Below, one piece after another: positions 61,109-64,000 of a stretch of DNA of 64,000 nt (position 1 is its first letter; each line of letters starts with the position of its first letter). Made by a program: the position numbers and the translations under genes. The notes below the pieces were generated by a model. The model worked only from the letters and a program-made list of their open reading frames with translations, was not told the origin of the DNA and searched no databases. Origin of the DNA: Nitrospirota bacterium (lineage in GTDB: Bacteria; Nitrospirota; UBA9217); NCBI GenBank assembly GCA_963663225.1, contig OY760142.1, positions 544,001 through 608,000 of the forward strand. The letters are read 5' to 3'.

Positions 61109-62638
61109 TTAATGGCCATTTGGCGGAATGACTGCTGCAGTGGCGTCCGCAATATCCTGTGTCGCGTCTTCAGACAAAATGTACTTGCTGTTCAACGCCG
61201 AGTTTGTCGCAAGAGTAACCAGATTTACGTAGGACGCATGAGTGGCATAGGTGTCATTGAGCGTAGTAGTGGGATAATCCATTGAGTACCCCCACCGTGT
61301 GCACGTCCCCGGCCCGGAGTTGTTGCTTGAGTTGTTGACAACGGGAACCTGTACCTGCGGAAGACGAATACCGCCTTTTGTCATGCCTAACGGATCACGG
61401 TCTACCACCACGTTGGGAGTGAACTGGACCACAGTAAGCGGCGGCGCAGACACGATCGGAGCCCCGCCATGGGCCCAGGTAATAAGCTGTTCCAGTCCGG
61501 CGGATAATACATGATAGAAAGGCACTTTACTGCCGACAGGCATGTATGTGCAGGCCAGAGAATCCTCGACCGCGATATTGTTCATATCGCGATGTTCAAG
61601 AAAAACGCGGCTTACCCAGGCGCGATAGTCGTTATGCGACGCGTTCGGCACTTCCCAGGTCACGAACATGTTGTCATCAAGGCGGCGATAGGTAGCTTCG
61701 CTAAACGTGACAACGTCGTTCTCCGTCAGCACTTTCCAAACGGGGTTTATGAGGTCTTTACGGATATTGGTCCCGTAGGTGCTTTCAAGCGCAAAGGCAT
61801 CAGCCACCTTCGCCAGCGGATGGACGTTGTTTACATATGACGACAGCATGACCGCTGATTGTGACTGTCCCATAGCGATAAAGGTTGTCGGAGTGAGCCC
61901 GGCGAGCGGATTTACACCCACCGGATGTTTCAAGGCCTGTAGAGCCTGGGAGAATATATCGAAATGCAAAGCATCGCTCGTGAGCGCCGTGCCGTCTTTA
62001 AGATGTGAAACGTCAAGAGTTGAGTACCGGTTGGTCGCTGTCGGGCTGTTTGTGGCCGACGCCGTGGTCGGGGTGCTCCAGGATATTAACGCATTCACCC
62101 CAACGCGCTGGGCTGAAACACCGACCCACACATGTCCTTTGCGCATAACATAATCATAAATTTCGTACCAGCAATACTCCATGTCCATGTTGTTCGTCAC
62201 GTTGAACCACTCAACGATGACCGTGCCGCTGAATTTTGTCGGGTCACTCGGCTTCCGGACAACAATCCGGCTTTTGTAAGGATGGCCGTCGTCACGGATC
62301 GTTGCGGTTGTCGTTGCTGCCGACCCCGTGGGAATGATGAAACGGGTCGCCGTTCCTGAAATGAAATACTCTTCCTCGACATATCCTCTTGCCGCAAGGT
62401 CGAATTGTGACGAGAAGAAATTAAAGTTACGAGTTGCCGGGCTGGTGGTCGCACCCGCCGCGGGCCTGTCCGGCGCCGCAATCGGCCCCGTCACTGTCGG
62501 ATTCAGGACCGTCATTGTCCCGGCAGAGATTACTCCGGATGAGCTCGACCCGCCGCCTGAACAGGCGTTTAATACAAGGGCTGCTATCGCTGCACTAAGT
62601 AGAGCAAAGACCGATATGGTAGCAAATATCTTCTTCAT
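61109..62638 (-). CDS. Lipoprotein with an alpha/beta-hydrolase domain (tannase-like, 'Abhydrolase_10'-type)
   Basis: Lipobox VLNAC and a Ser/Gly linker; GYVEEEYF.SG.A, FSGTVIVEWFNV, WVGVSAQ, nucleophile GQSQS, TEND, W...ASH, GGIRLP. Confidence 0.82.
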   Translation of the reverse strand: MKKIFATISVFALLSAAIAALVLNACSGGGSSSSGVISAGTMTVLNPTVTGPIAAPDRPAAGATTSPATRNFNFFSSQFDLAARGYVEEEYFISGTATRFIIPTGSAATTTATIRDDGHPYKSRIVVRKPSDPTKFSGTVIVEWFNVTNNMDMEYCWYEIYDYVMRKGHVWVGVSAQRVGVNALISWSTPTTASATNSPTATNRYSTLDVSHLKDGTALTSDALHFDIFSQALQALKHPVGVNPLAGLTPTTFIAMGQSQSAVMLSSYVNNVHPLAKVADAFALESTYGTNIRKDLINPVWKVLTENDVVTFSEATYRRLDDNMFVTWEVPNASHNDYRAWVSRVFLEHRDMNNIAVEDSLACTYMPVGSKVPFYHVLSAGLEQLITWAHGGAPIVSAPPLTVVQFTPNVVVDRDPLGMTKGGIRLPQVQVPVVNNSSNNSGPGTCTRWGYSMDYPTTTLNDTYATHASYVNLVTLATNSALNSKYILSEDATQDIADATAAVIPPNGH

Positions 62639-62838
62639 TTTATATGGTTCTCCCTTTTTTGTTAGAGATTGCTATTCGTCTTTAAAATACTCTTTTTCAG
62701 CCATGAACAACCAGATTAAGAATACAACTCAAACAGAACAGCATGCGTATTTTCCATGTATCACCCCCCTTTTGAGAATGAGATTCACGCAATGAGACTC
62801 CGCTGAAATTTCCGGAATGGCCCGGGCACGAAATATTC

Positions 62839-63117
62839 TTATTCAGGATTTTCCTGCCGGCTTGGGAAAGGTTCGAGGATATCGGCAGCCGGTTTATGAT
62901 TTACAAGCGGACAAATGTCCATCGGAAAAAATGCACACATCGACACGCGCAAAGCTGATGCAAGCTTATAGATCACCGATGCGGTTGGATTTTTTTCGCC
63001 GCGCTCAATCTCCCCCAGGTATTTGGCATTAATCCCTGCCAGCTCGCTCAATTTTTCCTGACTGTATCCCCGCCTTTGCCGCAAAGTTCTGATGTTACCG
63101 CCGATATTCGTAAACAT
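62839..63117 (-). CDS. XRE-family HTH transcriptional regulator
   Basis: IGGNIRTLR...SQEKLSELAGI...YLGEIERGEKNPT...KLASAL. Confidence 0.9.
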   Translation of the reverse strand: MFTNIGGNIRTLRQRRGYSQEKLSELAGINAKYLGEIERGEKNPTASVIYKLASALRVSMCAFFPMDICPLVNHKPAADILEPFPSRQENPE

Positions 63118-63396
63118 GTCATTCCTGACCTCATTTCATAAATCGTACGGTTAGAGCGCATAGTATACGTGCGCATATATGCTTTGAACACAAGCTATAG
63201 ACGGTATTTCGTGGTTGGAAAAATTATGGGGAAAACGGATGAAACATTAACGGATCGTGATGATAAAAAACTACGGCTCTCCGTTGCATAATAATGCAGC
63301 CGGAGGACACACGGATTACACACAGATCAGAAGTCCGTTGAAGTACTGATAAAAGAAGGGTATTTTCGGATATAACGACAAGACAGGTTGGAAAAC

Positions 63397-64000
63397 TTAA
63401 TATGAGCGAGGGGTTTTGATTGCTTTATAAATCTCTTCCGTTCTGAGAGAAGGGGTAATGTCCAGATTGGCCTTAAGGTAGGAATGACAGCGTTGATAAG
63501 CACTGGCGGCTTCAGCATCTCGTCCGAGGTTGTGATAGTTAATAATCAGTTTTTGATAGAGCACTTCCCGGACATTGTCAATTTCAAGCCCTCGCCGGTA
63601 CGATTCCACTGCCTTATCATATTCTTTCCTCTCCTCCCGGTAGGACCCGAGAGCAAGAATAATATGAACGGTTTTACTTATGAGAATATCCCGCAGGGAC
63701 ATGATCCAGGGCTGGCTGTCGTCGCCGTCAAGGAAGTGTCCTTTGTAGCCCTCCAACACCCGATCCGTAAGCTGAATGACCTCTTGTATTTCATCCAGTT
63801 CTCTCTTGCTCTTTTTTTTCATTTTCTGATTTTTTTTCCATCCGTCTTCTGCTTTTTTGATCAAACGCTGAAATCCCCAGATATCGACAAAACAATATTG
63901 ACCATCGAGGGTCAGGGTCCCGTCTTTGAATTGCAAAGCTTTATCGTTGCCGAGCAGCTTTCGAAGCCGGTACAGGGCCAGTTCGAAGGAACGATGCGCG
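63397..64000 (-). CDS. SARP/BTAD-domain transcriptional activator, C-terminal part (starts beyond the right edge; partial)
   Basis: The frame is open to position 64000: ...ALYRLRKLLG...VD...YKGHFL...W....R..L...GLEID...E.LYQ.LI....LGR.AEA..Y..C...L...PS..T, which is an OmpR-like wHTH end plus BTAD. Confidence 0.88.
   Translation of the reverse strand, partial: AHRSFELALYRLRKLLGNDKALQFKDGTLTLDGQYCFVDIWGFQRLIKKAEDGWKKNQKMKKKSKRELDEIQEVIQLTDRVLEGYKGHFLDGDDSQPWIMSLRDILISKTVHIILALGSYREERKEYDKAVESYRRGLEIDNVREVLYQKLIINYHNLGRDAEAASAYQRCHSYLKANLDITPSLRTEEIYKAIKTPRSY

Noticed and set aside
62839-63200. XRE protein as a restriction-modification controller (C protein)
   Set aside because: The sequence is C-protein-like, but no endonuclease or DNA methyltransferase is adjacent and there is no clear GACT-N-AGTC C-box.

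Overview
This 64-kb window is bacterial chromosome with GC-rich core genes and AT-richer accessory patches. Gene content and order suggest a Nitrospirota- or Desulfobacterota-like organism (inference only). Most genes are on the minus strand. From left to right: (1) a truncated PAS+PocR sensor gene, missed by the ORF track, overlapping an ErcA-like iron-containing alcohol dehydrogenase; (2) a Cache-HAMP-PAS hybrid kinase with a sigma28-like promoter; (3) the ilvD-ilvB-ilvN-ilvC-psd-pssA-leuA operon; (4) an rluB-acyP-DUF4253-hydrolase-tsaB-rimI run; (5) an accessory stretch of about 15 kb ending at the 3' end of tRNA-Ala(CGC), holding a 5-PAS hybrid kinase, an orphan MCP with a sigma28 promoter, a Cache sensor ending in an uncharacterised Cys/His domain, an AraC-regulated aldehyde-reductase/flavodoxin cluster and an AT-rich methyltransferase; (6) housekeeping genes (LpoA-like lipoprotein, site-2 protease, trpS, polyprenyl synthase, AMMECR1, ispD/ispF, MglA-like GTPase, IMPase, uvrC); (7) a type II secretion cluster gspC-N without gspO; (8) a lipoprotein alpha/beta hydrolase, an XRE regulator and a truncated BTAD activator. 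I found no CRISPR array, rRNA, integrase or transposase. The best leads are the ErcA/'GLGxxSxRKSYYPEL'-PAS-PocR alcohol-sensing module, a GspD secretin that lacks one N-domain and carries eight ~17-aa T-x-T repeats, the Cache sensor with a Zn-finger-like output domain, and repeat-derived hairpins at gsp gene junctions. All family assignments come from motif recognition by eye; no searches were run.
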